Source of the DNA: Octopus vulgaris
Taxonomy: Eukaryota
Direction: 5' to 3'
Assembly: GCA_951406725.2 (NCBI GenBank)
Contig: OX597821.1
Span: forward strand, 32,922,001-32,986,000
Length of the DNA stretch: 64,000 bases
The notes under the pieces were generated by a model. That model made no database searches. It saw nothing but the letters and a program-made list of their open reading frames with translations, and was not told where the DNA came from. Shown here piece by piece: positions 1-14,650 of this stretch. How positions within the stretch are numbered: position 1 is the stretch's first letter; each line of letters starts with the position of its first letter. The translations under genes and the position numbers were made by a program.

Positions 1-411
1 TTTTTTTAATTATTGTTTTTGTTTCAAAAAGCAACGTACATGTATATATGTCTATTGTTTTGTATTTTACGAATTTCCCATGATGTCTAGCTCTGAGAAA
101 ATATGACGTTTCACAACTGGAACAAAGCCAGACGCTTTATTTTCGGATAAATTATATTTCGAAGATAATTTTTTATTTTATTTCAAATGCATCATAGTAA
201 TATTTGACAAAAATATTTACTCTTATAACCTTCATTACATTCAGGGCTACAACAGCCGACATTTATAGAAATTAATCAAGAAGAGACAGGGTGTTCAATT
301 TTGGGGGTTATGCTAGGTCAGCGCTGATTGAGCAAACTTAAGATCGAAGGGGTTCCATCAATCACTATCGCGTTGATATGAGTGTGTGTGTCTGTGTGTA
401 AAATATATTAT

Positions 412-496
<85 letters not shown>

Positions 497-505
497 GTAT
501 ATATG

Positions 506-560
<55 letters not shown>

Positions 561-1747
561 CTAATGTAGGATAAATTTTTTTCGAAAAAAAATTTTATCA
601 ATGGCCAGCATATTAAAAAATACCTTTTAAGGTTAAATTTATAAACAACTTATAAATAAGGGCAAACGAAAAAATTTCTAATGCCAAATATGCCTTATTT
701 ATAAGTTGTTTATATGTATGTATATGTATATATATGTATATATACGTATATATGTGTCCGTGTTTATGTATATACTCACATATGTAGATGTATGTATACA
801 AACACTCACACATATGGACACACATGTGTGTGTGCATGCGCGTTTGCGTGTGTGCGTGTGCGTGCGCGCGCGAATAAATTTTCATGCTAATCGCAGACAT
901 TATATCTACAACTACAGTATCATACACTATCTTCATTTCCTTTGTTGTTGATTCTGTGCATTGTTTTTGTTTTCTTTTGTCATAATCATTAAGATATCAT
1001 GTTATGACTTTAGGAAGACTTTACTGCTATCTTTAGCGGATCAAACGACCACTTAGCAACTGCATTTTTTTTCTCTCTTTTTTTTTGGCTCGTTTATATA
1101 AACTAGAAGAAAATGATGGATTGATAGAATAGCCAAAGGGTTGGACAAAATACTTTACAGTAGTTATTCCGACTTTTTACAGTCTATGTTCATATCATGT
1201 CGAAACCAAATTTACCTTTTATTCTCTAGTGCTCGATAAAATAATTCACCAATGATGAACCGGGGATAATTTAATCGATTAATCTCTCATTCATTAAAAA
1301 TACACGTCCTTTTGCCTATGTTAAAAACAACTGGTATCGAAGACTTGCGGTTATGAGTTTGTTTTGTATATCATGCCACAAATGGTACAGTCTCATCCCT
1401 TTAGCAGTATACGATAAAGCTCAATACAGTTTTCTGTAAACACGAACTACATCATCTTGAGTTTGATAATTTAGCGACATCCAATCCACCTGTACTCCAG
1501 ATTGTGGAAAACAAAATGTCTTAATCAAGGCAAAAGATCAAACACAAAAAATGACGATATTTTTCTCAACTAATCTTATAGAAAATGATAAAATATTGAA
1601 CGTATCTTCTAAACTACTTTTTTTATTATTAATAATATTATTTAATTATTGAGTAAGGTAAGTTTATTCGAATGAGCCATTAGATATATAAATGAAGAAA
1701 TCGATCGATCGATTTCTCTATTTCATACGAAATATCAGTTCAGATAT

Positions 1748-1825
<78 letters not shown>

Positions 1826-1924
1826 ATCTATATATCATTAAATATATATATGTTTATAAATATATATGTGTGTATGTAAGTATATATGTATATATTTGTT
1901 TATATATATAAGTGTGTGTGTATG

Positions 1925-1969
<45 letters not shown>

Positions 1970-2156
1970 CCAACTATACATTAATATATACTTGGATTTC
2001 TATATACATATATGTGTATGTATATACAAGAACATACATTATATACTATATAATATAATAATATGGAGTATTTATATATATATAAATATATGTGTGTGTG
2101 TGTGTGTGTTTGTTTGTGTGTGTCTGCGTGTATGTCTATGCATATGTATGTATGTG

Positions 2157-2207
<51 letters not shown>

Positions 2208-2699
2208 CATATATATGCTATGGCGTGTATATATACATGTTTAATATGGCGTATGTATAAGTGAGTGACGAATATATTTATAATACATTTACATACTATA
2301 TATGACGACAAATGGAAGCACCTGCGCAGACACCGAGGTTTATAGTTAGATAAGCTGCTATAATATAATAAAGATTGTTTACGATAGAAAGTTTTCCAAC
2401 TTGAAATATTAAATCAAAAACACTGCGGTTTATGGAAAAGTAGTTAGCGTCTTTCAAAAGTAATAACGCAATAATTTTCCACTTGTGCCTGTCTCTTATT
2501 TCACGTATGTGCATATGTATATTTTATATTCATACAGTCGAGGAAACTATATAGACACAAAGATACACACACGCACACACATACATACATACATACATAC
2601 ATACATACATACATACATACATACATACATACATACATACATACATACATACATACATACACACACGTTCACACATACACACACACATATTGTTCAGTA

Positions 2700-3143
2700 A
2701 GTGGGTTCAGGTAAGTTGTTGCAAATAGTACCCAGCAATTAATCTGGATCTGGTAATTATTCCATTGAGTCTTTTTACCGAACCGCTATGTTATTGAGAC
2801 GGAAAATATCTAACAACAATTATCACGGGGCGACTAGGCAAACGCGCACAGATACATGTACACGCACACACACATACATATATACATATATACGTATCAA
2901 CACACTCACTCATACATATATATATCTATATATATATAGATAGATAGAGAGAGAGATAGACACACACACACACACACACACACAGAGATATATATATATA
3001 CGATGGGCTTCTACTCATTTTCTCCCAAATAACTACATTCATAAGCCATTAGTCCGTTCAACACTATAGCAGATGTTTGGTGCTTAACCCAAAATCATGT
3101 AACTACGAAGCAAACCTCTTAAGCACATGATCATACCTGGGCC
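2700..3143 (-). mobile_element. Old, diverged copy of tRNA-derived SINE family B (internal microsatellite)
   Basis: Reverse complement aligns by eye to 38797-39228 (accgaaccgcta..., cgatgggcttct..., ccaaaatcatgt). Boundaries approximate. Confidence 0.6.
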
Positions 3144-3155
3144 TACATATCTAAC

Positions 3156-3215
<60 letters not shown>

Positions 3216-3223
3216 CGATAGAG

Positions 3224-3291
<68 letters not shown>

Positions 3292-3305
3292 TAGATAGAT
3301 AGATA

Positions 3306-3484
3306 TGTTTCTTTATTAGCCACACAGGGCTGCACACAGATAGAACAAATTACAAGGTAGAGCTTTTCTTTTGAAGGATTAAAAAAAAAAGAAAAAGAAA
3401 GGGGAGAGTTTCGATCAAAAGGGATCGTAAAAGGAGAGAAAGAGGACAAAAAGAGGGGGGGTTAAAAAAGGGGGAGAGGAAAAA

Positions 3485-3487
<3 letters not shown>
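3306..3487 (-). mobile_element. 5'-truncated 3' end of (GATA)n-targeting Tx1-like LINE
   Basis: Minus strand ends TGTGTGCAGCCCTGTGTGGCTAATAAAGAAACA-(TATC)n. (GATA)n lies on both sides. Near-identical to 37510 and 48583, which link to ORF2 coding sequence. Confidence 0.9.
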
Positions 3488-3518
<31 letters not shown>

Positions 3519-3532
3519 GACATATATATATA

Positions 3533-3915
3533 TCTCTCTATATATAAACGGCAGTTTGTCTGTGCGTGTTTCTGTGTGTCTGTTTGCTTGTACCCTCACC
3601 CTGACCACGGCTTTCAACCGATTCTGATGAAACATGACACACACATAGCCCAATGTCATAATTCAAAACTAACGCAGTGAAAATTTTGAAAAGATCCCCC
3701 AGTTCTGAAAAATATCGATAAATTTGACATGGGGTTGAGAATCAGAAACACAAACCGCAAACTGTCTAGGGGACGCAAATCCACCTTTTTTAACTAAAAA
3801 AAAAATTTACCATCATTTTTTTCCCTTTTTTTGCTATTTTTTGGCTATAACTCTCTAAAAATGCTTTATAGTTATTTCCCTTACAAACCCGAGCAACGCC
3901 GGGCGATACTGCTAG
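3533..3915 (+). mobile_element. Non-autonomous Helitron
   Basis: Starts A|TC, ends CTAG|T, with GC-rich subterminal hairpin CCCGagcaacgcCGGG just upstream. The 5' ~210 bp recur inverted at ~58260-58474. Confidence 0.85.
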
Positions 3916-4040
3916 TATATATATATACCTACAAACATGTTTTCCTATATTGCGTGTATGTTTCTGTGTGTGAGCATGTGTATATATACACAAACATACA
4001 AACGCTACGTGGATGTATATATGTATGTATATATATAGAT

Positions 4041-4306
4041 GGAGGAAGCAGGTTAAGGAGAGATCGACACCTTTGAAAGAGGACATATTCTGCATGAAGA
4101 GCTTAAGCTCGCTGCTCGATAGCGCACTGCTGGTGTAGTGAATAGCGAAGGCTTGGTTTGAAATGTTTGCTGTCGTATATGCTTGTCTAGAGCAGGACTC
4201 ATTAGCTACCAACGGAGCCGCACATGCAAATTTAAGTTAGTCCTAGAGCGTACAATGTTCCTGAAGGTCAGCAATGGTCTTCCTCTGTCACGAGTGGACG
4301 GTCATC
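4041..4306 (+). mobile_element. Possible 3' end of a non-LTR retrotransposon followed by (ATGT)n
   Basis: GC-richer island between microsatellites. Frame RKQVKERSTPLKEDIFCMKSL weakly parallels the Tx1 ORF2 C-terminus in this window (KRKVRVERQVLSSECFKK). Confidence 0.3.
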
Positions 4307-4471
4307 ATGTATGTAAGCATGCATGTATGTATGTATGTATGTATGTATGTATGTATGTATGTATGTATGTATGTATGTGTGTGTATGTATGTAAGCATGC
4401 ATGTATGTATGTATGTATGCATGCATGTATGTATGTATGTATGTATGTATGCATGCATGTATGTATGTATG

Positions 4472-4502
<31 letters not shown>

Positions 4503-4508
4503 GCATGC

Positions 4509-4541
<33 letters not shown>

Positions 4542-4647
4542 TGTATGTATGCATGCATGTATGTATGTATGTATGTATGTATTTATGTATGTATGCATGC
4601 ATGCATGTATGTATGTATGTATGTAAGCATGCATGTATGTATGTATG

Positions 4648-4678
<31 letters not shown>

Positions 4679-4783
4679 GCATGCATGTATGTATGTATGT
4701 ATGTATGTATGTATGTATGTATGCATGCATGTATGTATGTATGTATGTATGTATTTATGTATGTATGTAAGCATGCATGTATG

Positions 4784-4814
<31 letters not shown>

Positions 4815-5118
4815 GCATGCATGTGTGTATGTATGTATGTATGTATGTATGTATTTATGTATGTATGTAAGCATGCATGTATGTATGTATGTATGTATGT
4901 ATGTATATATGTAAGCATGCATGTATGTATGTATGTATGTATGTATGCATGTATGCATGTATGTATGTATGTATGTATGTATGTATGTATGTATGTATGT
5001 ATGTATGTATGTATGTATGTATGTATGTATGTATGCATGTATGTATGTATGTATGTATGTATGTATGTATGTATGTATGTATGTATGTATGTATGTATGT
5101 ATGCATGTAAGCATGTAA
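4307..5118. repeat. (ATGT)n microsatellite with recurring AAGCATGC interruptions (higher-order repeat)
   Basis: Directly visible, ~810 bp. Confidence 0.95.
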
Positions 5119-5410
5119 GCAGCGTATCAAATTATTCCATTTCGCGGAATGAAAAATATTTTCTTACCAGCCTCACCATTTTGTTCGATATTCTTAGTTT
5201 AGGTTCGAAAAGTTTCCAAAATAAGCAAAGTTTATTAGTAAATATTCTGAAAGTTACAAATTTACTTAAACATCGCTAATTAATGAGAAAAAATTACTTT
5301 GATTCTACTTTCAAAATATAATGAGGTATATTGATTTTGGGGCATATATTTCAAATTATAGTGAATGCAACATTCCTGGAGACGTATTCAGACACAATCA
5401 GACTCACACA

Positions 5411-5459
<49 letters not shown>

Positions 5460-5728
5460 ACACACACATGCATACACAAACATACACATATACAAATGAG
5501 TACACACACCTACACATATGCAAATGAGTACTCACTCACACAAAGATATGATCAGGAGTGTATATCTATGTTGTGAGTAGTTTTGACGTGTAAGCGTACT
5601 TGCATACATATGTACGCATGCATGTATATACACATGCATGTACAAATATATACTTATGTGTATATGTGTGTGTGTGTGTCTGTATACATAACATATATAT
5701 ACACACACAGACAGTATGACAGACAGAC

Positions 5729-5833
<105 letters not shown>

Positions 5834-5869
5834 CCTCTGTGTGTGTGAGTATGTATGTATGTATGCATG

Positions 5870-6200
5870 TTTTGATTTGCTTTTCTTTTAGCTTTACTCA
5901 AGTTCTTACGAGAAGTCAAGATGGTCGCTAACGAAGCGACTAGACTTTTTGAGTCTGGAGTGCTCATGGTGTTTGTAGATATGTGGCTGAGTTGGGATGT
6001 GAGTTGAACTAACAATGCTCACAACCAAGTGCCTGCATCTACTCACCTAAAGAATCTCAGATGGAGAATATTTGGAATTTCTTACAAATTTTCAGTGTTC
6101 CGCTACTAGATTGGATTTGGAGAATAGGCAACAGTTTCTTCTGCGCTTCCTTCAAAATACCTAGTGAACTTAGATTTTTGGGTAAATCTGCAGAGACATA
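5870..6200 (-). pseudogene. Highly decayed gag-like ORF1 fragment of an I/Nimb-type LINE
   Basis: Minus-strand peptides VAYSPNPI.., CEHC..HP and ILTSRKNLSKAKRK resemble the YIPNP-CCHC...ISF.EARK region of such ORF1s. Many stops. Confidence 0.3.
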
Positions 6201-6311
6201 GCTGAATATGAATCATGTATGTATGTATGTATGTATGTATGTATGTATGTATGTATGTATGTATGTATGTATGTATGTATGTATGTATGTATGTATGTAT
6301 GTATGTATGGT

Positions 6312-6343
<32 letters not shown>

Positions 6344-6591
6344 TGTATGTATGTTTGTATGTTTGTATGTTTGTATGTATGTGGTAATTAGATGCCCTTC
6401 ACACCTAACATATTTAACTGAATCAAATAAGCAAAAACAATGCAAAGATCAACACCACAAAGGAAATACGGAAGATTACCGATGGCGTTTGAAATATGAC
6501 GCTTCGGCAACTTTTCCTTCAGCGGTGTTTTCTTCTTTATTTTTTGGTAAAAGATAAAATCTTTCTTTGGCATCATATATATATATGTGTG

Positions 6592-6638
<47 letters not shown>

Positions 6639-7094
6639 AATATGGAATTCCTGGTGTATCCAACAGCAAGGGCTTGTTCACGTAAGGATGACATCAGAGC
6701 CAATAACTGTAGGTGACCTTTGCATAGCATTCAACAAGGCAGGAGTTTCCCCTAATCTTATTTACGACAAATGGACCATAGTTATGTAACCTGTATACCT
6801 TTTCTGAACTTCCATAGCATGCCTTCATGTCCTTCCTGTCTGCTACAGATTAAATTTGAGTGATATTCTCTGCATACAGTTACGACCTGGTGGCCATAAC
6901 CCGAATTTACAGAAACAACGGGGATAGAGTGAACCCAAAACAACGACACACCAGGAAATATTTTGTAAAATGTTATAAACAATAGTCAACATAAAAACAG
7001 TTTATATACAAAACAAATATATACACGAACAAAAAGCAAACGCCACACCAGACGTGCAGTCAAAATATATACGAAGGTAATATATATATATACA

Positions 7095-7330
7095 CAGTTC
7101 AGAAATTCGGACTCCGAATCCCGGCTTCACCAACTTGATTTCACAAACTTGGATCTGTAACTCTGGATTCACAATTTTTGGTTTCACCTAATTAGACTCA
7201 CACAAAACCCAGCCTCACAAATTTGGTTTTTCAAAAAGATGTATTCCAAAAATTTGGATTTCATAAAATCTGAATTTCCATTTTAGTACAAATTCGGTTT
7301 TCGAATCTTGGATTTCGAACCTTGGACCCA
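7095..7330. repeat. Degenerate ~15-17-bp minisatellite (TTCACAAA(C/T)TTGGAT-like)
   Basis: Repeated ttca(c/g/t)aaa..tgg(a/t)tt units. Confidence 0.6.
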
Positions 7331-7339
7331 GATGTGACA

Positions 7340-8750
7340 CAGAAATTATTTTAAATCTGACAAAAGTTCTGGCGAGTTCCTATAAATAAATCTATAAATG
7401 CCTAACACAAAGCACAATGTGCATAAACTAAACAGGCAATCATAGCTTTCAGAATCCAATTGAACAACTTTGTCTCACAGAAAAAACTGTCAAAAAAACT
7501 GGTGGGTACAATTATCTTTGCTTATAAAGGTTTGCCAAGGTCTAGCCAATTTGTTGCAGTTTCACAGTTTGGGCTAGCTTCCTCCATTTTGACAATGAAC
7601 TTCATCCTGACCTTACAGTGCAGCATGAAAAAGTGTTTATCTGTTTAACTTATTATAATTTATAATTTCCTAACAATACCGTCTTTGTTTGTTTTTTTAT
7701 CAGACTTCATAAAGTCGTTTGCACTAACCTATTTTTCTCAAGCTAAGTCGCTTGCCGTTTTTCTCCTATGTTCACTACTTCTGTACATACTACACAAAAG
7801 TATTGGATAACAATAGTCTAAAAGAGACAACGTTAAAGTTGTTTTCGTCGAACCAGCGCTGATGTTTACGCTGCAGCAATTCGTAGGATTTACTTCTTTG
7901 AGGTATTGCTACCATTCAACACTTCCTGCTATAATGACATTTCGAAGAGTTGTTTCTATGTTTCTTTTTTATGAAAATGCACATTACCTATTCTTGGCTT
8001 TGAGTGACTTGACATTTATATTTCTAGATATCGCTATTTTCTGAAATTTGCTGCATAAAGCAATCCGACAGCCAGCAAGTGTAGTGTAAGAAACGAATTA
8101 GAAAATCACTTTTCTAATCATTTTCTGGTGATTATGCTTTCAATTAAATGTCTGTAGTTGGAGCGTAGCTACAATCAAGTTGTTTTATGGTTATTTGGTT
8201 GCTTGAACAGTGAAATGAAGTTCATTACAAAAGGACAGCATTCAACGCTGTTCATTTTTTTCCTACATCGTGCTTACCAGTTACAGCAGACTAAGTATCA
8301 ATATAATATCGTACCTTGGTCTTACAATCACCATGAAGAAGGATCTCGTAATTATGGGATATATCAGAGTTGGTACAATGAATGCTACCATGAAAAACCG
8401 TTGTCACGTTTATAGTATAAGATCGTCAGAGCAAAGCAGCTTATTACATATGTTGGATTACTATCTTTAAGATCAACAGAGAGATTTATAATGCAATCAC
8501 TTGAATAATGAGGACGGAATGAGAGTCGTTTTGCAATAATAGTTTTTACTGTAAACCCAGCATTAAATGATTTATTTTTATATTTCTTCCATGCCTACTC
8601 AATAAAACATATGACTTTCTCCTATTTCTTCTAGTGACCAACCCCAAGAAAACGAGATTCACTACGAGCAACCATATCAGTGTTAGATTTGATTAAAACC
8701 TGTGAGGTAAAAATAGTTTTCCTCTCAAAAGAAAAGCCACCATCCTGAAG
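7340..8750 (+). pseudogene. Very decayed piggyBac-like transposase relic(s)
   Basis: Peptides NNFVSQKKLSKKLVGTI..KGLP, FTLQQFVGF...YHSTLP.IMTFRR and KDLVIMGYIRVGTM loosely resemble piggyBac motifs. No intact frame or TIR seen. Confidence 0.3.
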
Positions 8751-9680
8751 TGTTCGCATTTTCCAAAATTCAGTATTCATTTTTTTTTACTTCACCGTTT
8801 CCTTACAGTTCATTCTATTTCGACTGTTAAAACTAGATAACCAATTGATTATACCAATATGACAAATCCAAATGCGAGTATACGATTTATAGGAATCATT
8901 CTGTCTCCCCTCGTTCGAAGGAAGCAGTGCAATGCTTACAAAAAATTTTTATCACCAAAGGGGAGACATGGACTAGACAATATTCATAACTTTTTTTCAG
9001 AATGATCATCACAAGAAGGGACAATATCCCCTACTTCTTTCTGCCGTTTTGTGCCCGACACTAATAGCCTAGTGTGCAAATCAATTGATAAAAATACATT
9101 TAAAATGTATTAAATATGCAAACGTATTCAAAATGTATTAAATGCATTTAAAATGGGATTGCATAGTAATACGTAAGAACTGAACCAACGAACAATCAAC
9201 AGCGGTTTTGATTATAGGGGAAACATCCACAATTCTAGGTCTTGCCGATGACACAAAGTATGATGGTGCAAAGTATGCTACAAATCAGGACAACGACAAA
9301 CCTCAATCTTTAATTGTAAGCGTCATCAATATTCTAAATTGTGATGCAACCAAGATGAAAGCATATTTGTAAGTTGAGATAGCGCACAGTACGCCGACAT
9401 AGCTAACTACTAAATGTAAATACACTTTATTAAACAAAATACATTCACTAGCTACATCACAAATATGTCCAAAACGATATGCATAAAACAGGGTTTTTTT
9501 CTTTCGAAAGCATATAAATAATCCTTGTAGATTTTCTGAGGATCAAATCAACCCGATATAATGATAGAACACAATACATATATGTAACTGTATAATATAA
9601 AGTTGCTGTTGTTCCTACTGTGGCCGTTGCTGCTGCTGCTGATGCTGCTGATGCTGCTGCTGTTGCTATTGCTGTTGCTG

Positions 9681-10037
9681 TTGAGCGTAGCGATCTTCGT
9701 CCAGTGGGAGAAGTCCGAAACGTGGTCCTTTGCTATTCGTAAGACCCGCAGAAGAGAAAGCAGGTCAACCCTCGACACCGAGAGCATCGACGGATGGATG
9801 AATGCGCATCCAAGCTCAGCGGTTGCGTAGGAAGTCGGGGACAAGAAACAGGAAGAAAGAGTGAGAGAAAGTTGGAGCGAAAGAGTACCACAGGGGTCGC
9901 CATCAGCCCTTGCCGGAGCCTCGTGGAGCTTTAAGTGTTTTCGCTCAATAAACACACACAACGCCCGGTCTGGGAATCGAAACCGTGATCCTCCGACCGC
10001 AAGTCCGCTGCCCGAACCATTGGGCCATTGCGCCTCC
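9681..10037 (-). mobile_element. tRNA-derived SINE (family C) with (CAA/CAG)n tail
   Basis: Minus strand starts GGAGGCGCAATGGCCCAATGGTT (A box) ... GGTTTCGATTCCC (B box). It ends in a CAA/CAG tract and sits within CTG/TTG repeats. Confidence 0.85.
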
Positions 10038-11761
10038 ACTGCTGCTGCTGTTGTTGTTGTTGTTGCTCTTGTTCTTCTCTTTGTTTACCCCACAGTTAGC
10101 CCTAATAACGAAGTGTAGATACATATAACCATAGGGTTCATCTGCACCCATCAGATCTTTATCATGTGTCTTCCTTTTCTTAAGATCTTACCATATGATT
10201 TGAAGGAGACTTCGATGCTATTTGTACATGTTCTGTTGGATGCTTTCTCGCAGATTCAAGAGAGGAACGTTTTCTTGTAGCAGGGAAATAATTTTGAACA
10301 AACAGGAAAAAATACGGCATCTATTTACTTGTTGCGATTCAGATCAGCAATGTATGGATTACGTCTACTAAGAAAAACTGGTATTTTACTAGTAATCAAC
10401 ACCAAGTAAACACCTCTTAAAGTAAGCTTATCAAAGGTGTTTTATCAGCTGCTGTACCTTCCTTTTTCAGACACAGTATCTCCGATTACATTACTTGCTC
10501 TGTCCTTTTGTTTCTTATGATAGTGAGAAAATTTGTCTGATGTTTTTAGCAAATAAAGCAATAACATAAAGACTTCTTTGAAGGCTCGTTGATTTGGATT
10601 TTCCCTTAAGCATCGTTAAAAACAAGTATGAACTTCACAGTGTCCCATAGAAATGTGTCTCCTTATGATTCTCCAATTGATTAGTCTCAACTGGGGACAT
10701 TGTGCGCAAATTTAATGAGTAGACAGAAGATATTTTAATGCATATACATTTTCCAAGGCTTTTTCGATGACTGTGAAGTAACAAGGATGCTACGAAAAAT
10801 CGATACTACACCAATGACTTGCCTCTGGTTAACTTCATCAATTATACGTCATTAAGATTGATGAGTTAGCAGAATTTTTAGAGCGTCAGAAAAATATCTT
10901 GCGGTATTTAGGTTCGTTGCTTTATGTTCTGAATTCAAATTCCCACCCAGTTCACCTTTGCTTTTCATTCTTTCGTGGTATTTATGGTATTGACTTATCC
11001 GTTATTCTCAAAATTGCTGCTTTCTTCCAAAATTAGAAACCTTTATTAAAGCATTTTCTGACGCCCGAAAACACAGACGTTACATTTCTGTTGTAATTGG
11101 TTTTCTACAAATCAGTTTATAATATTTTTTTGAAGATTATTTGAAAAAAAAATAGTTAATAGAAATGAATGAAAAACAGCAGAAACTATTTCAATACTAC
11201 AAATCATTGCGATGAGGCTAGTTTTGGCACAACCATTTCACTTTTGATTGGTTCTATCTCTACAACAAAATAAAGCTAAAAAAAAGGAACGTGACTTCAT
11301 AAAGATGTTAACATGAAGCATGTAACTTAGCCAATTTAATTAAATATTGAATGAAAGAAGCCTAGAAAGTGAGATTACATTGAAGAAAATCTATATATTG
11401 TCTACTATATATCTAAGATAGGGGAATCTAAATTACAGCATCCCAGCATATATAATGTGTGCGGGAAGTGTTATATTGATGACACGGCTGAGTTCCAATT
11501 TAATAATGATTTTTCATATAATTTACGATCTGTCGTTTATGATTAGCTTCGTCCTAGAGTACATTTATTATTCTAGACCTTTTTCGTTTTCATCTTCTGA
11601 ATGAAGTATGAATAATCAATAAAGATCATTGTAATGATTTGTGCAACTATTAAAATCATCATCAACGGATTTTAAATGTTTACTGTTAGTTGTAAGTTAA
11701 TTCCAGCGATTAATAAATGCATTTAGTCTATTACAAGAATGGCGTGTCTGTAATTCCCACG

Positions 11762-12174
11762 GGATCTTTTTCGGTTTGAACGGCAGTTTTTAACATAATT
11801 TCTAGGTAACTAAAAAATTTTAAACTTCGTATACTGGTAGACTGTGTTTATAAAACATCTTTTTCTCTTGGCTTTATTGAGAAAATTCTATAGTTTGTAA
11901 GATATTTGCTTTTTTTCTTCAATTTCTGCAATTTCAAACAATCACTGACGTCTATTGAGGTAAAAAAAAAACATTCTGTGTTGTATGAATATGTCCCTCG
12001 TTTAAGAAATAGATTGGGTTTATTTACATTTGTGAAGAAAAAAAAGATACCTTTCCCCCACCCCTAACCCTAAAATAGATTGAAATGCAATATATCGATT
12101 CTAGGGTCATAATTATGGGTGATAATTTCATATGACACCGCTAGAAAAAACTGCCGTTCAAACCGAAAAGATCC
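11762..12174. mobile_element. MITE with ~28-bp TIRs and 8-bp TSD (GG termini, Merlin/MULE-like)
   Basis: TIR GGATCTTTTCGGTTTGAACGGCAGTTTT. TSD TTCCCACG at 11754-11761 and 12175-12182. Internal CCCTAACCCTAA. Second copy at 55.1-55.5 kb. Confidence 0.9.
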
Positions 12175-12959
12175 TTCCCACGTTTGCATTAATCATTTTG
12201 AAGGGGACTTTTGTGGAATTTTATAATATTATCAGTTAGTGTTTCTTTTTTTTTCTATTTTAATTTGTTTTCTATTTTAATTTATTTGCTTGTGCTGTTT
12301 CTATTTTAATTTGTTTGTACTTTAATTAGCTGCAAAGGATTTTTGTTGCAAACTCATTGTCAACAGACGAGAAAGTGCCATACGTTTATGTCTTATGTAA
12401 AGGTCAGTCATGTTTACAAATCTCATTTTTGCATTGAGATCTGTATACTGTATTAGTCAGACAGACAAGAATGATATTTTCTTGCCGACTAACTATACGT
12501 TTATAGCAAGCAGCCGTCACACCACATTACAATACAGTACGTGAAACAAAATAACATGGGAAAAAAATAATTAATAATATAACTTACATTTAAGTATTTG
12601 TTTTGCAAGAATGAACTAAACAGGATGCGAAAAGACACGAGGGATGGAGAGTCGTTAAAGAGGTCACAGGATGTGTAACGAAAGATTTCAGACAAAGAAC
12701 ACTAAAATAAGAATAATAATAATAAGGCTGTATTAAAGACCAAGTATATAATGCGTGTAGTTAATTGACAAAAATATGGCCATTCCCAAGAATAATAACA
12801 TAACATTATACGTGTATGTAGAATTCTACAGTAACCTACATTGACGGTGGCATGTATATTAATAGCAACATATACATCGAAACTTAACACAAATATAATT
12901 TCTTGGTAAAATACTGATTCCTGATATAGGATCAAGTCAAGAAATAATTTTGGAGGGAT

Positions 12960-13340
12960 TATTTTGCATCATCAACCCCAGGACGTGACTGATACATTAT
13001 TTTATCGACCCTGAAAGATGGAAACGCAATGCTAACTTCGTCAAGACTTGAAACTAGAACGTCAGAAGAAATACCTATTTCTTTACTACCCACAAGGGGC
13101 TACACACAGAGGGGACAAACGGATTAAGTCGATTACATTGACCCCTGTCTGTAACTGGTACTTAATTTATCGACCCCGAAAGGATGAAAGGCAAAGTCGA
13201 CCTCGGCGGAATTTGAACTCAGAACGTAACGGCAGACGAAATACGGCTACGTATTTCGCCCGATGTGCTAACGATTCTGCCAGAAGAAATACCACATTGC
13301 ATTTTCTCCGACACTCTAACGATTTTGCCAGCCCTCGGCC
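12960..13340 (-). mobile_element. SINE family A: young copy (13076-13283) nested in an older copy
   Basis: tRNA-like head (GAGTTCAAATTCC B box) and core GCCTTTCATCCTTTCGGGGTCGATAAA. TSD CAGAAGAAATACC at 13063-13075 and 13281-13293. Confidence 0.85.
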
Positions 13341-13796
13341 CCGCATTTCTTAGTAATATTATATGAAGAGTTTATTGACCGCTGAAAGTAACTCCGATTT
13401 TATAGCTAAACATATGTTCAGCGGTGATTATTTCATTGCTTTCGTGTCTTCTTTCCCATGATCCATTCTTCCTATTTCATAAAAACGACAAAGGAAAACG
13501 TCATTATTATCGGTACTTCATTAAGACGTAACCGAGTGCGTTACTGTCTACAAACAGTCATGCACTCAGGAACGTTAGTGCTTCAAATCAAACATCAAGG
13601 ACTAATAAGAAAAATAAGATAGATCAATAATTAATAAAACAGAAAAAAAAAAAGGAAAACACATGAGAATCTAGTACGAAGTTTGGACAAAAAAAACAAT
13701 CTTCCTTATAATCACAAAATTATTTATGTGGCTTTGTAAGTGTGCGCCTCTATGCCTTTCTGTTCGTGTGTGAAAGTGTGTGCTTCTCATTCTTTA

Positions 13797-13852
<56 letters not shown>

Positions 13853-14207
13853 TCTCCCTATATATGTATATATATATATATACATATATGCATATATGCA
13901 TACATTTATATATATATATGTATGTATGTATGTATATATACATATATATATATACATATATATATATACATATATATATATACACATATATATATACACA
14001 TATATATATACATATATATATATATGTACATATATATATACATATATATATATACATATACATATATATATACATATACATATATACATATATATATACA
14101 TATATATATACATATATATACATATATATATACATATATATATACATATACATATATACATATATATATACATATATATATACATATATATATATACATA
14201 TATATAC

Positions 14208-14284
<77 letters not shown>

Positions 14285-14576
14285 TATAGAGCTAACAAAT
14301 GAGTTCCAGAGATTCTCAATATAGAAAACACTTTGTACCAAAGGGCCAAACGTGACAGAAAGTGAACGTACAAACATGAAATAAATGTGCAATATATAAT
14401 ATACGAACGAAATAATATTCAAGACGAGAGGAAAAAGTGGACGGACGATGAACGAAGACGAAATGAGGACTTGCGAACAAAATGAAATAAGTAAACAGAA
14501 TAGAGCCTTAGGGCCAGACGGAAGACAAAAATAGGATTGACGCCAGGAGGAATATCCTAAAGGATTAAAAACCAGA

Positions 14577-14650
<74 letters not shown>

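Noticed and set aside
4307-5118. Regularly interspersed AAGCATGC units, superficially CRISPR-like
   Set aside because: The 'spacers' are just (ATGT)n, the context is eukaryotic and there are no cas genes.
365-5279. Many ORFs of YI/VC/MYVC/HTYI repeats (also near 13.7-14.7, 30-32, 37-41 and 53 kb)
   Set aside because: Translations of (TA)n, (TG)n, (TATG)n and (GATA)n microsatellites, not genes.
6635-7000. Coding-like stretch with short ORFs
   Set aside because: No convincing domain motif in any frame. Probably a decayed TE, unassignable by eye.
9960-10037. tRNA gene candidate (also the heads at 17120, 38797 and 61666)
   Set aside because: A and B boxes are present, but there is no complete cloverleaf or acceptor stem and each continues into SINE-like body sequence.
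12060-12075. CCCTAA repeats as interstitial telomere (also 55421-55439)
   Set aside because: Only 2-3 units, internal to both copies of the same MITE.
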